Shown here piece by piece: positions 1-10,295 of a DNA stretch of 64,000 bases. Below the pieces are notes generated by a model, which was not told where the DNA came from, made no database searches, and was given only the letters and a program-made list of their open reading frames with translations. The DNA lies in contig CAYNJC010000024.1 in NCBI GenBank assembly GCA_964397565.1, positions 2,535 through 66,534 on the forward strand, read 5' to 3'. The stretch's first letter is position 1, and each line of letters starts with the position of its first letter. The position numbers were made by a program, and so were the translations under genes. This stretch comes from an uncultured bacterium. Its GTDB lineage: Bacteria; Auribacterota; UBA3054; JAPLST01.

Positions 1-2
1 GG

Positions 3-563
3 TGGCGCAACCTGGGGAGCCGCTTCAACGGGGCAGTGGCAACGATCATGTTGGGCAAGCCGGCCGGCCTGTACTTGTCAAGTTTTAAGCTACTGACCCG
101 CTTTCTGGTGGATGAGCTTGTCAAGTATGATTTTCCGTTTACGTACTTGGACGGATTGATCCTGCGCACAACCAGCAAGATTACGGCGGTGCAGGTCGAT
201 CATGCTGCGCGCACGCACGGCCAGTCGGGCTACACGCTGCGCAAACTGGTGCGGTTGTGGCTGAACATGTTCACGAATTTTTCCGTGCTGCCGTTGCGGG
301 TCGCAATGGGCCTGGGGCTTGTCATTACTTTGCTGGGCATCGGACTGGCGGCGTATACGTTGTATGAACGCTTGACCGCGCCGACGTTGCCGCCCGGATG
401 GGCATTGCTGACCATCGTGGTCTGCATCTTCTCTGGCGCGCAATTGGTGTGCATCGGCACGGTGGGTGAATATGTCGGCCGGCTCTTTTTAGGGATGAAC
501 AAGCAGCCGCAATACACGATACGCCGGGCGTATACGGGGGATGATGCCCATGCAGACCAGTGA
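3..563 (+). CDS. Glycosyltransferase family 2 (ArnC/GtrB-like polyprenol-phosphate glycosyltransferase), 5'-truncated by window edge
   Basis: Frame is open from base 3 (WRNLGSRFN...). Has the R..G.SGY motif, two C-terminal TM helices and a GEYVGR...PQY tail typical of the ArnC/GtrB family. Confidence 0.85.
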   Translation, partial: WRNLGSRFNGAVATIMLGKPAGLYLSSFKLLTRFLVDELVKYDFPFTYLDGLILRTTSKITAVQVDHAARTHGQSGYTLRKLVRLWLNMFTNFSVLPLRVAMGLGLVITLLGIGLAAYTLYERLTAPTLPPGWALLTIVVCIFSGAQLVCIGTVGEYVGRLFLGMNKQPQYTIRRAYTGDDAHADQ

Positions 564-1284
564 ATACGCGAGGATTTACGCGCTCGAAGACGAGCATTGG
601 TGGTATCGCGGCGTGCATGATCTGGTCGAAGACATAGTGCGGGCGCGCGGGCGGAAGGATCTGGCTATTCTTGATGCGGGTTGTGGCACGGGCGGACTGC
701 TGGCACAGCTGCAACACTACGGCACGGTTGCTGGTTGTGACTATGCTGACGAAGCGCTGGCATGCTGCCGGCAGCGCGGCTTCGCTGCGGTTGTGCATGC
801 CGATCTCAACACGTGGGCGCCGGACGAGAATCGTTATGATGTCATCGTCAGTGTGGATGTGCTCTACCATGCCGCGATTGCTGACGATCTGGCAATAGTA
901 AAAAAACTGGCGCGTGGATTGCGTAGCGGGGGCGTGCTGATCTTACACCTGCCCGCGTTCAATTGGTTGCGCCGCCGGCACGATGTTGCCGTGGCAACCA
1001 AGCGGCGGTACACCCGGCACGACGTACGCGCCATGGTTGTGGCGGCCGGACTGCGTCCGCGGATGCTGACCTACCGCTTGCCGTGGTTGTTCGGCATTGC
1101 GGTGATGCAAAAGATGTGGGAGACACTGTGCGGCACGGTTAGCACTGCGCACTCCGATTTGCAGCCTGTGCCGGGCTGGCTGAATCGCGCCTTGCTGAGC
1201 ATCGTGCATGGGGAAAATATAGCGGTGCGATGGGGGCTAGCGATGCCCCTGGGCACATCCGTTTTTTGTGTGGCGGAGAAGTGA
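541..1284 (+). CDS. Class I SAM-dependent methyltransferase
   Basis: Motif I ILDAGCGTG and an N-terminal EDEHWWY motif; overlaps the upstream glycosyltransferase. Confidence 0.85.
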   Translation: MMPMQTSEYARIYALEDEHWWYRGVHDLVEDIVRARGRKDLAILDAGCGTGGLLAQLQHYGTVAGCDYADEALACCRQRGFAAVVHADLNTWAPDENRYDVIVSVDVLYHAAIADDLAIVKKLARGLRSGGVLILHLPAFNWLRRRHDVAVATKRRYTRHDVRAMVVAAGLRPRMLTYRLPWLFGIAVMQKMWETLCGTVSTAHSDLQPVPGWLNRALLSIVHGENIAVRWGLAMPLGTSVFCVAEK

Positions 1285-1289
1285 ACACT

Positions 1290-3467
1290 ATGCAAGCACC
1301 GGAGCTTCAGGAGGCACACGCACGGGTATTGCCGCGCTGGCACATGACGGCGTTAGTGCTGCTGGTCACCTTGGCATCACTCGCGGCGGTTTTGCCCGTG
1401 CTGCGCGACGGGCGGATGTGCATTCTAGACTGCGCCAATGTCTATCGGTCATTTCCAGACATAGAATGGCTGCGGCCGGCGACGTTTCTGAATGTTGATA
1501 ACGATGTGCAGAGTGCGCGACCAGGCGAATTTCTCGTGTATCTGCCAGCCTGTGTCGGCACACGATCACTGACGCATTACTGGTATCAGAGTGGCGCGGT
1601 ACTGACGCTGACGATGCTGATGTTGGCGGTCGTGATTGCGCGTGTGACCCAACGCGTATGGGTCGGCACAGCTGTGGCGTTGTGCGCACTGGCCATGCCC
1701 TCATTTGCCGAGAATTACTACACGCTGGGCAAGTGCGAACCCTTCATACTATTCGGCGCGATCGGCGTAAGCTGGGTGTTGTATTACGCGTTATTCGCAC
1801 CGCCACGTCGCGGCGGTAGATGGCTGCTGCTGGTGCCTGCGGGGGCGCTGTTCGCGTTCTTGGCCATTACGGTGAAGGAAACCGGCGGTGCCTTTCTGGG
1901 CGCGTATCTGGCCGGCTGGTTTGTCTTGGGCTGGGCGGCGCCGATATCGTGGTGGTGCGCGCTGAAACGCACGTGGTGGCTCAGCATGTTCGTGGGCTTG
2001 GCGTTTGCGTTGCTGGTGCATTGTGTTCTGGCGCTGCCGTCGTGGTACACCCAAGGTGGCACCGGCTCCTACACCGCAACAGCCGCCGGGTTGCTCCAAG
2101 GCATTCTGGCGCTTGTGCAACATTACCAAGCATGTGCGGCGTATGTCTGGGGCGGGTTGCTAGCCTTGGTTATGGCGGCGGCGCAGCCAGTGCAGTGGCG
2201 GCGCGGCCCGCATCGTCAATTACTGGCGTGGACGGTGTACTTCTGGCTTCTGGCTGCGGCGTTGACGCTGGTATATGCTCCGTGGACATCATTGCAAGCG
2301 CGCTACTTGCTGCCCGCGCTCGTCAGCGCGCTGACGGCAACGATCCTGTCGTTGGTCATGCTCTGGCGCAGCGTCGCGCAAGCACGCTGGTGGCTGTGGC
2401 GCTGGAGTTGCCGGAGTGTGTGCGTGCTCGTAGCAGTGCTGCTGGTTGCGCAGTGCCTGTTCACCGTACTGGTGGAGCACACGTCAGAAGGTTTGGTGCG
2501 ACTGCAAGTGGACCAGGCCTACGATGACATGTTTCGCTACATCGCCACGGCGACCCCGCAGGGCGGCACGGCATACTTCATGTATGATGCCGCGCATGAG
2601 GAATCGCGCTACAACACGCGCTTCGGCATGCCCTTGTTCTATGGCAGGCCGGACATTGGCTGCGTGTTTCCGCGCACGCCCCAGGAGATCACTGCCGCCG
2701 GATTGGTGGCGGTCTCCACTAGTGCGGTGGCGTACAATCCCAACCGCATACCAATGCATGAGCGCGCGCGCGCGCTGTTCTATGAGCAACTTGCGCCGAG
2801 TATTCCGCTGAAGGAACGCGTGCGGTCCGTTTCTGAGATATCGGTGAGGCATTTGGCGAAGAACACCTATGGTGATGTTCAGTATGTCACATGCTACCAT
2901 GCGACGAACGTCTATCGCGGGTTTCAGTACGCAACGTGGTGGGGCATTCCGGCGTTTTGGCGTCTGCAGTGCGGGCGGTACAGTTTCGGCTGGGTCATCT
3001 ATGAGTACGCACCGCATGCCGGCGCGGTGAACATTCTGCAAAATGGTGACTTTGCCTACGGCCTGCAGCATTGGGACACGTGGGGGACGGCGGCGGAGAA
3101 GACAAATCTCGTGAGCACCAGTCCGCACTGCGTGCGGATTGAGAATCCGGACGCGACGATGCCGGGCATCAAGCAGTATGTTGCCATCAACATGGTTTCG
3201 GGCGCGGTCTATCGCCTGAGTAGTGCGGCCCGTTGCATCGGCGCGCCGGATGCCGGCAAGAGCATGGGCGCGCGCGTCACGGTCTGGTTGCCGCCGCAGC
3301 CGGGATATGATATCGCCTGGATGGCGCAGCGGGATGCCTGGACGCGGGTCGAGCGCACGTTCACGAATCAGGTGAGTGGCGCAGCCGTTATTGTGGCGCA
3401 TCTGGGCTATGGCCAGATCGCCACCACGGCCGAGTTTGCGGACATCCGCCTGGAACGCCTGCCGTAA
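1290..3467 (+). CDS. Polytopic membrane protein, probable GT-C fold glycosyltransferase with C-terminal carbohydrate-binding-like domain
   Basis: About 11 hydrophobic segments with KE and RYLLP motifs. C-terminal NILQNGDF...W domain resembles CBM4/9. ATG at 1290 follows GGAG. Confidence 0.55.
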   Translation: MQAPELQEAHARVLPRWHMTALVLLVTLASLAAVLPVLRDGRMCILDCANVYRSFPDIEWLRPATFLNVDNDVQSARPGEFLVYLPACVGTRSLTHYWYQSGAVLTLTMLMLAVVIARVTQRVWVGTAVALCALAMPSFAENYYTLGKCEPFILFGAIGVSWVLYYALFAPPRRGGRWLLLVPAGALFAFLAITVKETGGAFLGAYLAGWFVLGWAAPISWWCALKRTWWLSMFVGLAFALLVHCVLALPSWYTQGGTGSYTATAAGLLQGILALVQHYQACAAYVWGGLLALVMAAAQPVQWRRGPHRQLLAWTVYFWLLAAALTLVYAPWTSLQARYLLPALVSALTATILSLVMLWRSVAQARWWLWRWSCRSVCVLVAVLLVAQCLFTVLVEHTSEGLVRLQVDQAYDDMFRYIATATPQGGTAYFMYDAAHEESRYNTRFGMPLFYGRPDIGCVFPRTPQEITAAGLVAVSTSAVAYNPNRIPMHERARALFYEQLAPSIPLKERVRSVSEISVRHLAKNTYGDVQYVTCYHATNVYRGFQYATWWGIPAFWRLQCGRYSFGWVIYEYAPHAGAVNILQNGDFAYGLQHWDTWGTAAEKTNLVSTSPHCVRIENPDATMPGIKQYVAINMVSGAVYRLSSAARCIGAPDAGKSMGARVTVWLPPQPGYDIAWMAQRDAWTRVERTFTNQVSGAAVIVAHLGYGQIATTAEFADIRLERLP

Positions 3468-3521
3468 AATGAATTGCCGCAATTCATTTTGTACAAAACG
3501 GTTTTGCGGCAAAACCGTTTT
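3466..3521. repeat. Two adjacent perfect palindromes (possible bidirectional terminator or REP-like element)
   Basis: AAAATGAATTGC-C-GCAATTCATTTT and AAAACGGTTTTGC-G-GCAAAACCGTTTT lie between convergent genes. Confidence 0.6.
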
Positions 3522-3763
3522 TCTCTGCAATCCCGAACCCTGAACCCCGCCACACCTCAGAAGTATGGCCACGAAGCCACGAAGGCGCGAAGAAATCGCA
3601 GAGCCAGGCCTGGTTAATTGCGCCGCCGCTGCCTGCGGCGCGTTGACAACCAAACACGTCAATTCTGTAGTTGCTGCTTCTTCGTGTCTTGGCTGGCGTC
3701 TGCTAGTCCCGCCCTGCGGCGTGGATGCCTTCGTGGCAACTTCATCTGCTTCTGCCCTGAACG

Positions 3764-5557
3764 CTATTCCGAGCGCAGCACTTCGAGAAAGGCCTTCTGG
3801 GGAATGGTCACGCGCCCGATCTGTTTCATGCGCTTCTTGCCTTCTTTCTGCTTTTCCAGCAATTTGCGTTTGCGGCTGATGTCACCGCCATAACATTTGG
3901 CGATGACGTTCTTGCGCAATGCCGAGACGGTCTCGCGCGCGATGACCTTCCCGCCAATCGCGGCCTGAATCGCCACGGCAAATTGCTGGCGCGGAATGAC
4001 GTTCTTCAAGCGTTCCGTCAAGACGTGGCCGCGTTCATAGGCATGCTCGCGATGGACAATCATGGAGAACGCATCCACTGGTTCGCCGTTGAGCAAAATG
4101 TCGAGTTTGACCAAGTCGCTGGGCCGATAGTCGCTTTCCTCGTAGTCCATACTGCCATAGCCCGAGGTGATGGTCTTGAGCTTGTCATAGAAATCGATGA
4201 TAATCTCATTGAGCGGCATGTCGAAATGCAGCAGGACGCGCTTGGCATCCAGCGATTCGGTGCTCTGCATCGTGCCGCGCCGCTCGCGCGCGAGCTGCAT
4301 CACCGCGCCAATCCGCTCAATCGGCGTGATCACCAGGACATTGACAAACGGCTCGTCGATCCCCTCAATCGTGGACAGGTCGGGGAAGTTCAGCGGATTG
4401 TCAATGTCTTTGATCTCGCCGTTCTTGAACATGACGTGATAGATGACGCTGGGTGCGGTGGCGATCAGATCAATGTTGAACTCGCGTTCCAGCCGTTCCT
4501 GAATGATTTCCATGTGCAACAGGCCGAGGAACCCGCAGCGGAAGCCAAAGCCAAGCGCCGCCGATGTTTCCGGCTCGAACGTGAACGAGGCGTCGTTAAG
4601 GCGTAGGCGTGCCAGCGCTTTCTTGAACTCATCATACTGGCCGGCGTCAACCGGGTAAAAGCCGCTGAAGACCATCGGGTGAAACTGCTTGAAGCCCGGC
4701 AGCGGCGCGGGCGCGGGCGCCGCGTCATGCGTGATCGTGTCACCGATCAGCACATCGGCGGCGTCACGGATGATGGCCGTGAGGTACCCGACTTCGCCCG
4801 GGCCGAGCGCGGCAATGGGTTTCAAGGTCGGGGTGAACACACCCAGTTCAATGACTTCAAAGACCCCGTTGCTGAACATCATCCGAATGCGATCGCCCTT
4901 GGTGATCGTGCCGCTAAAGATGCGGCCATAGACGACGACGCCTTTGTAGACATTGTACTCCGAATCGAACACGAGCCAGCGCAAGGCATCATCCTCGGGC
5001 GTGCGCGGCGGCGGCACGCGGCGGATGATGGTGGTCAGGAGCTCGGGCACACCGGCGCCGGTCTTGCCGCTGATGTGCAAGATGTCGGCGGGATTGCAGT
5101 GCAACAATTCGACCATTTGTTGCACACTGCCGGAGATGTCGGCGGCGGGCAGATCGATTTTGTTGATGACCGGAATGACGACCAATTTGTGTTCGAGGGC
5201 CAGGTGCACGTTCGCAACGGTCTGCGCTTGCACGCCTTGCGTGGCATCCACCAACAGCACCGCGCCATCACACGCGGCCAGACTGCGCGAAACTTCATAC
5301 GCAAAATCCACATGGCCGGGTGTGTCGATCAAATTCAGCAAATACGTGGCACCCGCGGGCGTGGTGTGCTGGAGCCGGACGGGATGGCATTTGATGGTGA
5401 TGCCACGCTCGCGTTCGAGATCCATGTCGTCCAGCGTCTGGGCGACCATGTCGCGCGCGGCAACGGCATGGGTCAGTTCGAGGAAGCGATCAGCCAGCGT
5501 TGACTTGCCGTGGTCAATATGGGCGATGATGCAAAAGTTGCGAATGTGATCAAGCAT
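3764..5557 (-). CDS. lepA: Translation elongation factor 4
   Basis: IRNFCIIAHIDHGKSTLADR, DTPGH, NKID and C-terminal KCYGGDISRKRKLLEKQKEGKKRMK. Confidence 0.98.
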   Translation of the reverse strand: MLDHIRNFCIIAHIDHGKSTLADRFLELTHAVAARDMVAQTLDDMDLERERGITIKCHPVRLQHTTPAGATYLLNLIDTPGHVDFAYEVSRSLAACDGAVLLVDATQGVQAQTVANVHLALEHKLVVIPVINKIDLPAADISGSVQQMVELLHCNPADILHISGKTGAGVPELLTTIIRRVPPPRTPEDDALRWLVFDSEYNVYKGVVVYGRIFSGTITKGDRIRMMFSNGVFEVIELGVFTPTLKPIAALGPGEVGYLTAIIRDAADVLIGDTITHDAAPAPAPLPGFKQFHPMVFSGFYPVDAGQYDEFKKALARLRLNDASFTFEPETSAALGFGFRCGFLGLLHMEIIQERLEREFNIDLIATAPSVIYHVMFKNGEIKDIDNPLNFPDLSTIEGIDEPFVNVLVITPIERIGAVMQLARERRGTMQSTESLDAKRVLLHFDMPLNEIIIDFYDKLKTITSGYGSMDYEESDYRPSDLVKLDILLNGEPVDAFSMIVHREHAYERGHVLTERLKNVIPRQQFAVAIQAAIGGKVIARETVSALRKNVIAKCYGGDISRKRKLLEKQKEGKKRMKQIGRVTIPQKAFLEVLRSE

Positions 5558-5561
5558 GCGC

Positions 5562-7508
5562 TTACAACAATTGTCGGATTAAGCGCTTGACGCTTTCTTG
5601 AAGCTGCTGCGATTCTGCGGACATGCTTTGATTGGTGCCGCCGCCGCCAAGACGCTGTTGCAGGTGCGCCGTGATGACCATCGTCAGGCGGTCTTCAAGT
5701 TCGGTGCGCTGTTCGTCGGTCAGGCGCAAGTCGGCGTGCGGTTGCGCCAGCGTGCCACGCACCCGCAACGGGATCTCAATCTGATTGTTATGCGTGAACA
5801 TACCCAGCAACGGATGCGTGCCATATTGGGCGACCAGCGCCGGCGCCAGCTGCACAGTGGTAATGTAGTCCAGCACGCCATTGGTATCGCAGACGCCGGC
5901 GGCGCTGATGACGCCGAAGGGTGTGGTTGCGCGCAAGTCGGGGGTCGAGAGTGTGCCGTCGTGCAGCACGAACTGGGTCGCAATGGTGCGGGGCGCCTTG
6001 AGCGACAGGCCGCGCAGGGTGCGGGTCAGCAGCGGCACGTTGAGCGCGGCACCGCTGATCTGGGCGAGCATGCTGAACATCGTACGCAGGGGCGCCGGCA
6101 CATCCGGCGCCAGCAACCATTGCTCGCCGGTGAAAGCCTGGAACTGGGCATTGGAAATGATCAGCTCACTCTTGGCGGAAAAACGGCCGAGCTGCGTGAA
6201 CCGGCGGGTCAGCAAGTCGGTGACGCGCATGTTATCCATTTCAAACGAACCGTGGGCGGTGAGCGTACCGCCGCAGCGCACCGGCATGGGCGCGATACAG
6301 GCGAGCAATTGATCCAGCGCGACGCGTTGCAGGATGAAATCGCCCAGCAAGACGGAATTTGTCGCTGCCGCATGGCCCGTCTGGCGAGCGGCGAGATTGT
6401 CAACTAGAGCGAGGTGGCTGACGCCATCCCACGTGTGACCAAAGGCGGTCAGGGTACTGATACGGTCATTGTCGAGTTCGGCCGTGAGGGTGACATTGCT
6501 GAACGCGATGCCGTGCAGATAGCCGACGCGGGCCTTGAGCAGCACATCCGACATCAACGTGCGCGTGTGTGGATCCGTGCTGCCGCTGATATGGCAGACG
6601 ACATCGTGGACAAAGCCACTGGCGGCCTGGGTCAGCCAGCGCGTGCCCGACCATTGCAGGGATTGCGGCGGCAGGTCAATCTGAAAATGGGTATTGGTGG
6701 CATCCACGCTGAGTTGCGCTTGCACATGCCACGTGGCACCCGACAGAACCAGCGTTTTCACGGCAACGTCATCAGGACTGAACGCGCCAGCAAATGAGCA
6801 ACTAAACGGCATGCGCTCGCGCAGCGTGCGTGGTGCAGCGCCCGGCGCAATAATGTGGCGCACGGTGACGTGCACGCCGGTGATGGACGCCTGCATAATG
6901 GTGGTGCGCCGCGTGCGGCGATTGTACAGCACGTCGGTCGTGAAACGCACCTGGCGCAGATTGGGCAGCTCGCAACGGCCGTGCGCAGTGATGGCATAGC
7001 GGCCGTGGGCGCCGCGCACGTCGGCGGTCACAGCGCGCAGGCCGAAGGTCTCGCGCATGCCCAGTGCGTGCGGCGTAAGAATGGGCTGCGACAAGTACCC
7101 GCGCCGCACCAAGAAGTCTTGCAGGACGGTGGTGGGCGGATCAAAATCAAGCCGGCTCATGGTGACGTCGCGGGCCACAATGTGTCCCAGCAACAGCGGC
7201 CAAAAGTCCACGCGCAGACGACAATTGCCGCAGTAGGCCAGCATGACATCGTTGCTCAGGTTGTAGAACGTGAGTGCGGAAAATACGAAGGTCGGTCCGC
7301 CGCTCCAGGTCGTTAGGTTCACTTGTTCGAGTTCGACGCGCGCGTTAAACAGCCGGCCCAGATGTCGTTCGCAAGCGTTGCGCAGCAGGGCCGTGTCGCT
7401 TAATGCCGGCGGCAGCAGCAGCCAGAGCGCGGCGCCCACTACCACGACCAGCGTGCCACGTCGCACAGTACGCCACATGTGTTTAGTGCTGATGGGGTGC
7501 ATAGTCAT
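5562..7508 (-). CDS. AsmA-like protein (N-terminal membrane anchor, AsmA C-terminal region)
   Basis: N-terminal TM helix, beta-rich body, and C-terminal IPLRVRGTLAQP motif typical of AsmA_2. Confidence 0.6.
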   Translation of the reverse strand: MTMHPISTKHMWRTVRRGTLVVVVGAALWLLLPPALSDTALLRNACERHLGRLFNARVELEQVNLTTWSGGPTFVFSALTFYNLSNDVMLAYCGNCRLRVDFWPLLLGHIVARDVTMSRLDFDPPTTVLQDFLVRRGYLSQPILTPHALGMRETFGLRAVTADVRGAHGRYAITAHGRCELPNLRQVRFTTDVLYNRRTRRTTIMQASITGVHVTVRHIIAPGAAPRTLRERMPFSCSFAGAFSPDDVAVKTLVLSGATWHVQAQLSVDATNTHFQIDLPPQSLQWSGTRWLTQAASGFVHDVVCHISGSTDPHTRTLMSDVLLKARVGYLHGIAFSNVTLTAELDNDRISTLTAFGHTWDGVSHLALVDNLAARQTGHAAATNSVLLGDFILQRVALDQLLACIAPMPVRCGGTLTAHGSFEMDNMRVTDLLTRRFTQLGRFSAKSELIISNAQFQAFTGEQWLLAPDVPAPLRTMFSMLAQISGAALNVPLLTRTLRGLSLKAPRTIATQFVLHDGTLSTPDLRATTPFGVISAAGVCDTNGVLDYITTVQLAPALVAQYGTHPLLGMFTHNNQIEIPLRVRGTLAQPHADLRLTDEQRTELEDRLTMVITAHLQQRLGGGGTNQSMSAESQQLQESVKRLIRQLL

Positions 7509-8514
7509 GCCATGTCCAGTGCTGCGTGTCGAACAACCAGAGCGTATTGCGCGCGGGCATCAAAGCGGCGGCGAAGGACATGCCGTGCAGCGAACACGTC
7601 TGCAGGATGCGGCCTTCACGAGCAACTAGTGACAATTCCTCGGCGGCGGGATCGAGCATGAGCCAGCCGGTCTTGTAGTGCGGCGCGATGAACAGCCGTT
7701 GCGCGTCGCGGCAGGCCAGCACGGCTTTCACGCGGGCGCGACTATCCATAACGATGACGCGATGGCGCAGCGCATCGGCCAGCACCAGCTCTTCATCGCG
7801 CGTGACAATCAGGCTGCACGGCACCAGCGGCCTGACCGTCGCCAGAGTGAAGGCTGTGTAGGTGCGGCCGTTTGACGCATAGCGCTCGATCAGCGACAGC
7901 AGCGGCACGGCAACGTACACCGTGCCGCGCCGGGAGATGCAGGCAATGCGCGGAACGATCACGGTGGGAGGACTGACGGCACAGTATTCACGGCGTGCCT
8001 GAGCATTTGCCACCATCGCGCGGACACTGCTGCCGTCCCAATAATTCGGATACGTGCGCGTGTACAGCAACCCGTAATCCTTGCTGACCAAATGTTGGCC
8101 GGTATGGACGCGCAGCTCACCGAGCGGAAACGACAGCGTCCCGCGCTGCAAGGCAAACAAAATGCGCTGGTCATCGCCAAACGAGATGCTGGTCACCACG
8201 CCGCGCGCCGGCACCGACACCCGCTGCGCGCGCGTGCCTGAATGCTTGTACGCGCAGATTTCATGCCGGGTTTGATCAGCGATCCAGAGCCGTTCGTCGT
8301 CATCGGCGGCCACCACCAACGGGATTGCGTCGGACGCGGCGAGTGGCATCGCGCGGGTGCGTGCCAGCGCCCAGACCGAGGTGAAATGAACCGGCGGCGT
8401 GTTGGTGAGCGTGACGCTGGCCGGACATGGCACCGTCGTCCACAGCAGCAGCGCGCCCAGCCCACCAGCGCGCCGGGCTGCGGTCAGAAACGTGCTGGTG
8501 GTGGCTGGTATCAC
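7483..8514 (-). CDS. Exported NHL/beta-propeller-like protein
   Basis: Signal peptide; LWIADQ, VYVA and LVLADALRHRVIV NHL-like repeats; translationally coupled to aspS. Confidence 0.55.
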   Translation of the reverse strand: MIPATTSTFLTAARRAGGLGALLLWTTVPCPASVTLTNTPPVHFTSVWALARTRAMPLAASDAIPLVVAADDDERLWIADQTRHEICAYKHSGTRAQRVSVPARGVVTSISFGDDQRILFALQRGTLSFPLGELRVHTGQHLVSKDYGLLYTRTYPNYWDGSSVRAMVANAQARREYCAVSPPTVIVPRIACISRRGTVYVAVPLLSLIERYASNGRTYTAFTLATVRPLVPCSLIVTRDEELVLADALRHRVIVMDSRARVKAVLACRDAQRLFIAPHYKTGWLMLDPAAEELSLVAREGRILQTCSLHGMSFAAALMPARNTLWLFDTQHWTWHDYAPHQH

Positions 8515-10283
8515 GGCGCGTCAGTCACGGCAATATGCAGATCATGCAACTGGTCAGTGCGCACGGTCGCGGGCGCGCCGCTCATAAGGTCGCTCGCCTT
8601 CTGCGTTTTAGGAAACGCGATCACGTCGCGCAGACTGGTCGCGCCGATCAGCAGCATCACCAAGCGGTCTAGGCCAATGGCAATGCCGGCGTGCGGCGGC
8701 GCGCCGTAGCGCAACGCAGTGATGAAAAAGCCGAAGCGTTCCTCGATTTCCTGCGCGGACAGTTGCAGCAACTGAAACACCTTTTCCTGAACCCGTGCAT
8801 CATGGATGCGCACCGAGCCGGAGGCGAGCTCATAGCCGTTGATGACCAAGTCGTAGGAACACGCGCGGACGGCCTGCGGGTTCGTCTCGAGCAGCGGCAC
8901 ATCCGCTAGGACCGGCGCGGTAAACGGATGATGCTCGCTGACCAGGCGCTGTTCGGCCTGGTCGTAGGAGAACATCGGGAAATCCGTCACCCACGCGCAG
9001 GCATACGTGCCGGGCGTGATCAGGTTCAGTACCTGGGCCAGTTGGCCGCGCACGGCGCCGAGGGCCGCGCGCGCCGTGGTGACGGCATCCGCCACGATCA
9101 GCACGCAATCGCCCGGTTGCGCGCCGGTGCAACGATCAAACTCCTGCCACAACGCCGGCGTCATGTGTTTTGTCAGCGGTGACTTGCGCTCGCCGTTGGC
9201 GTCACAGCGCACGGACAACAAACCCTTTGCGCCGACTTTGGTGGCGGCCGCGGTCAGGTCGTCAATCTGTTTGCGTGACAAGGTCGCGCCACCCGGCACG
9301 CGCAGTGCCCGGACCACGCCGTTGGCCTGCAGTGCGCCGGCAAACACGGCAAAATCAATGGTGCCGGCCAGGGCACTCACGTCACAGATCTGCAGCGCGA
9401 AACGCAGATCCGGCTTGTCGCTGCCATAGCAATCCAAGGCGTGCTGATGGGTCATGCGCACAAACGGTGCGGTGATGCGCAGGCCGGCGGCGACAAAGGC
9501 GGTGGCCATCAAGCCCTCGATTACCGCAAAGACATCGTCGTGGGTCGCAAACGACATTTCAAGGTCAATTTGGGTGAATTCAGGTTGGCGGTCGGCGCGC
9601 AAGTCCTCGTCGCGGAAGCAGCGCGTGATCTGGCTGTAACGATCCAGGCCGGCCACCATCAATAACTGTTTGAGCAATTGCGGTGATTGTGGCAGGGCAT
9701 AGAACATGCCCGGATGCACGCGACTGGGGACCAGATAATCACGCGCGCCTTCCGGTGTGGATTTGGTCAGCATCGGCGTCTCGATTTCGAGGAAACCGGC
9801 ACTGTCAAGATAATTGCGCACCGCCAGCGCAACTTTGTGGCGGATTGCCAGCGCGCGCTGCAAATGCGGGCGGCGCAGGTCGAGATAGCGATAGGCCAGG
9901 CGCAGGTCATCCGTCTCTTCGGTGTCATCGAGCGGGAACGGGGGTGTCTCGGCGTGATTGAGAATGGTCACTGTATCGGCCAGCAGCTCAATCGCACCGG
10001 TCGGCATGTCTTTGTTCACTTGGGTGCCGCGCGAGCGCACCATGCCGGCGGCACTCAGCACGTCTTCACCGCGCAACTCCTTGGCGGCGGTGTGCGTCGC
10101 GCTGTGGGTTGCCGGGTCGAACACGATTTGGGTGACGCCATAGCGGTCGCGGACGTCCACGAAAATCAACTGGCCAAGATCGCGCCGCTTCTTGACCCAG
10201 CCGGTGAGAATCACGTGCGTGCCGATGTGTCGCTCACGCAAGTCGCCGCAGGTGTGGGTACGCTGTAAGGCAGGTGTCATCAT
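8511..10283 (-). CDS. aspS: Aspartate--tRNA ligase
   Basis: RTHTCG, TPEGARDYLVPSR, FYALPQSPQ, CFRDEDLRADRQPEFTQ and GAPPHAGIAIGLDR. Confidence 0.98.
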   Translation of the reverse strand: MMTPALQRTHTCGDLRERHIGTHVILTGWVKKRRDLGQLIFVDVRDRYGVTQIVFDPATHSATHTAAKELRGEDVLSAAGMVRSRGTQVNKDMPTGAIELLADTVTILNHAETPPFPLDDTEETDDLRLAYRYLDLRRPHLQRALAIRHKVALAVRNYLDSAGFLEIETPMLTKSTPEGARDYLVPSRVHPGMFYALPQSPQLLKQLLMVAGLDRYSQITRCFRDEDLRADRQPEFTQIDLEMSFATHDDVFAVIEGLMATAFVAAGLRITAPFVRMTHQHALDCYGSDKPDLRFALQICDVSALAGTIDFAVFAGALQANGVVRALRVPGGATLSRKQIDDLTAAATKVGAKGLLSVRCDANGERKSPLTKHMTPALWQEFDRCTGAQPGDCVLIVADAVTTARAALGAVRGQLAQVLNLITPGTYACAWVTDFPMFSYDQAEQRLVSEHHPFTAPVLADVPLLETNPQAVRACSYDLVINGYELASGSVRIHDARVQEKVFQLLQLSAQEIEERFGFFITALRYGAPPHAGIAIGLDRLVMLLIGATSLRDVIAFPKTQKASDLMSGAPATVRTDQLHDLHIAVTDAP

Positions 10284-10295
10284 GCGTGGTGATCC

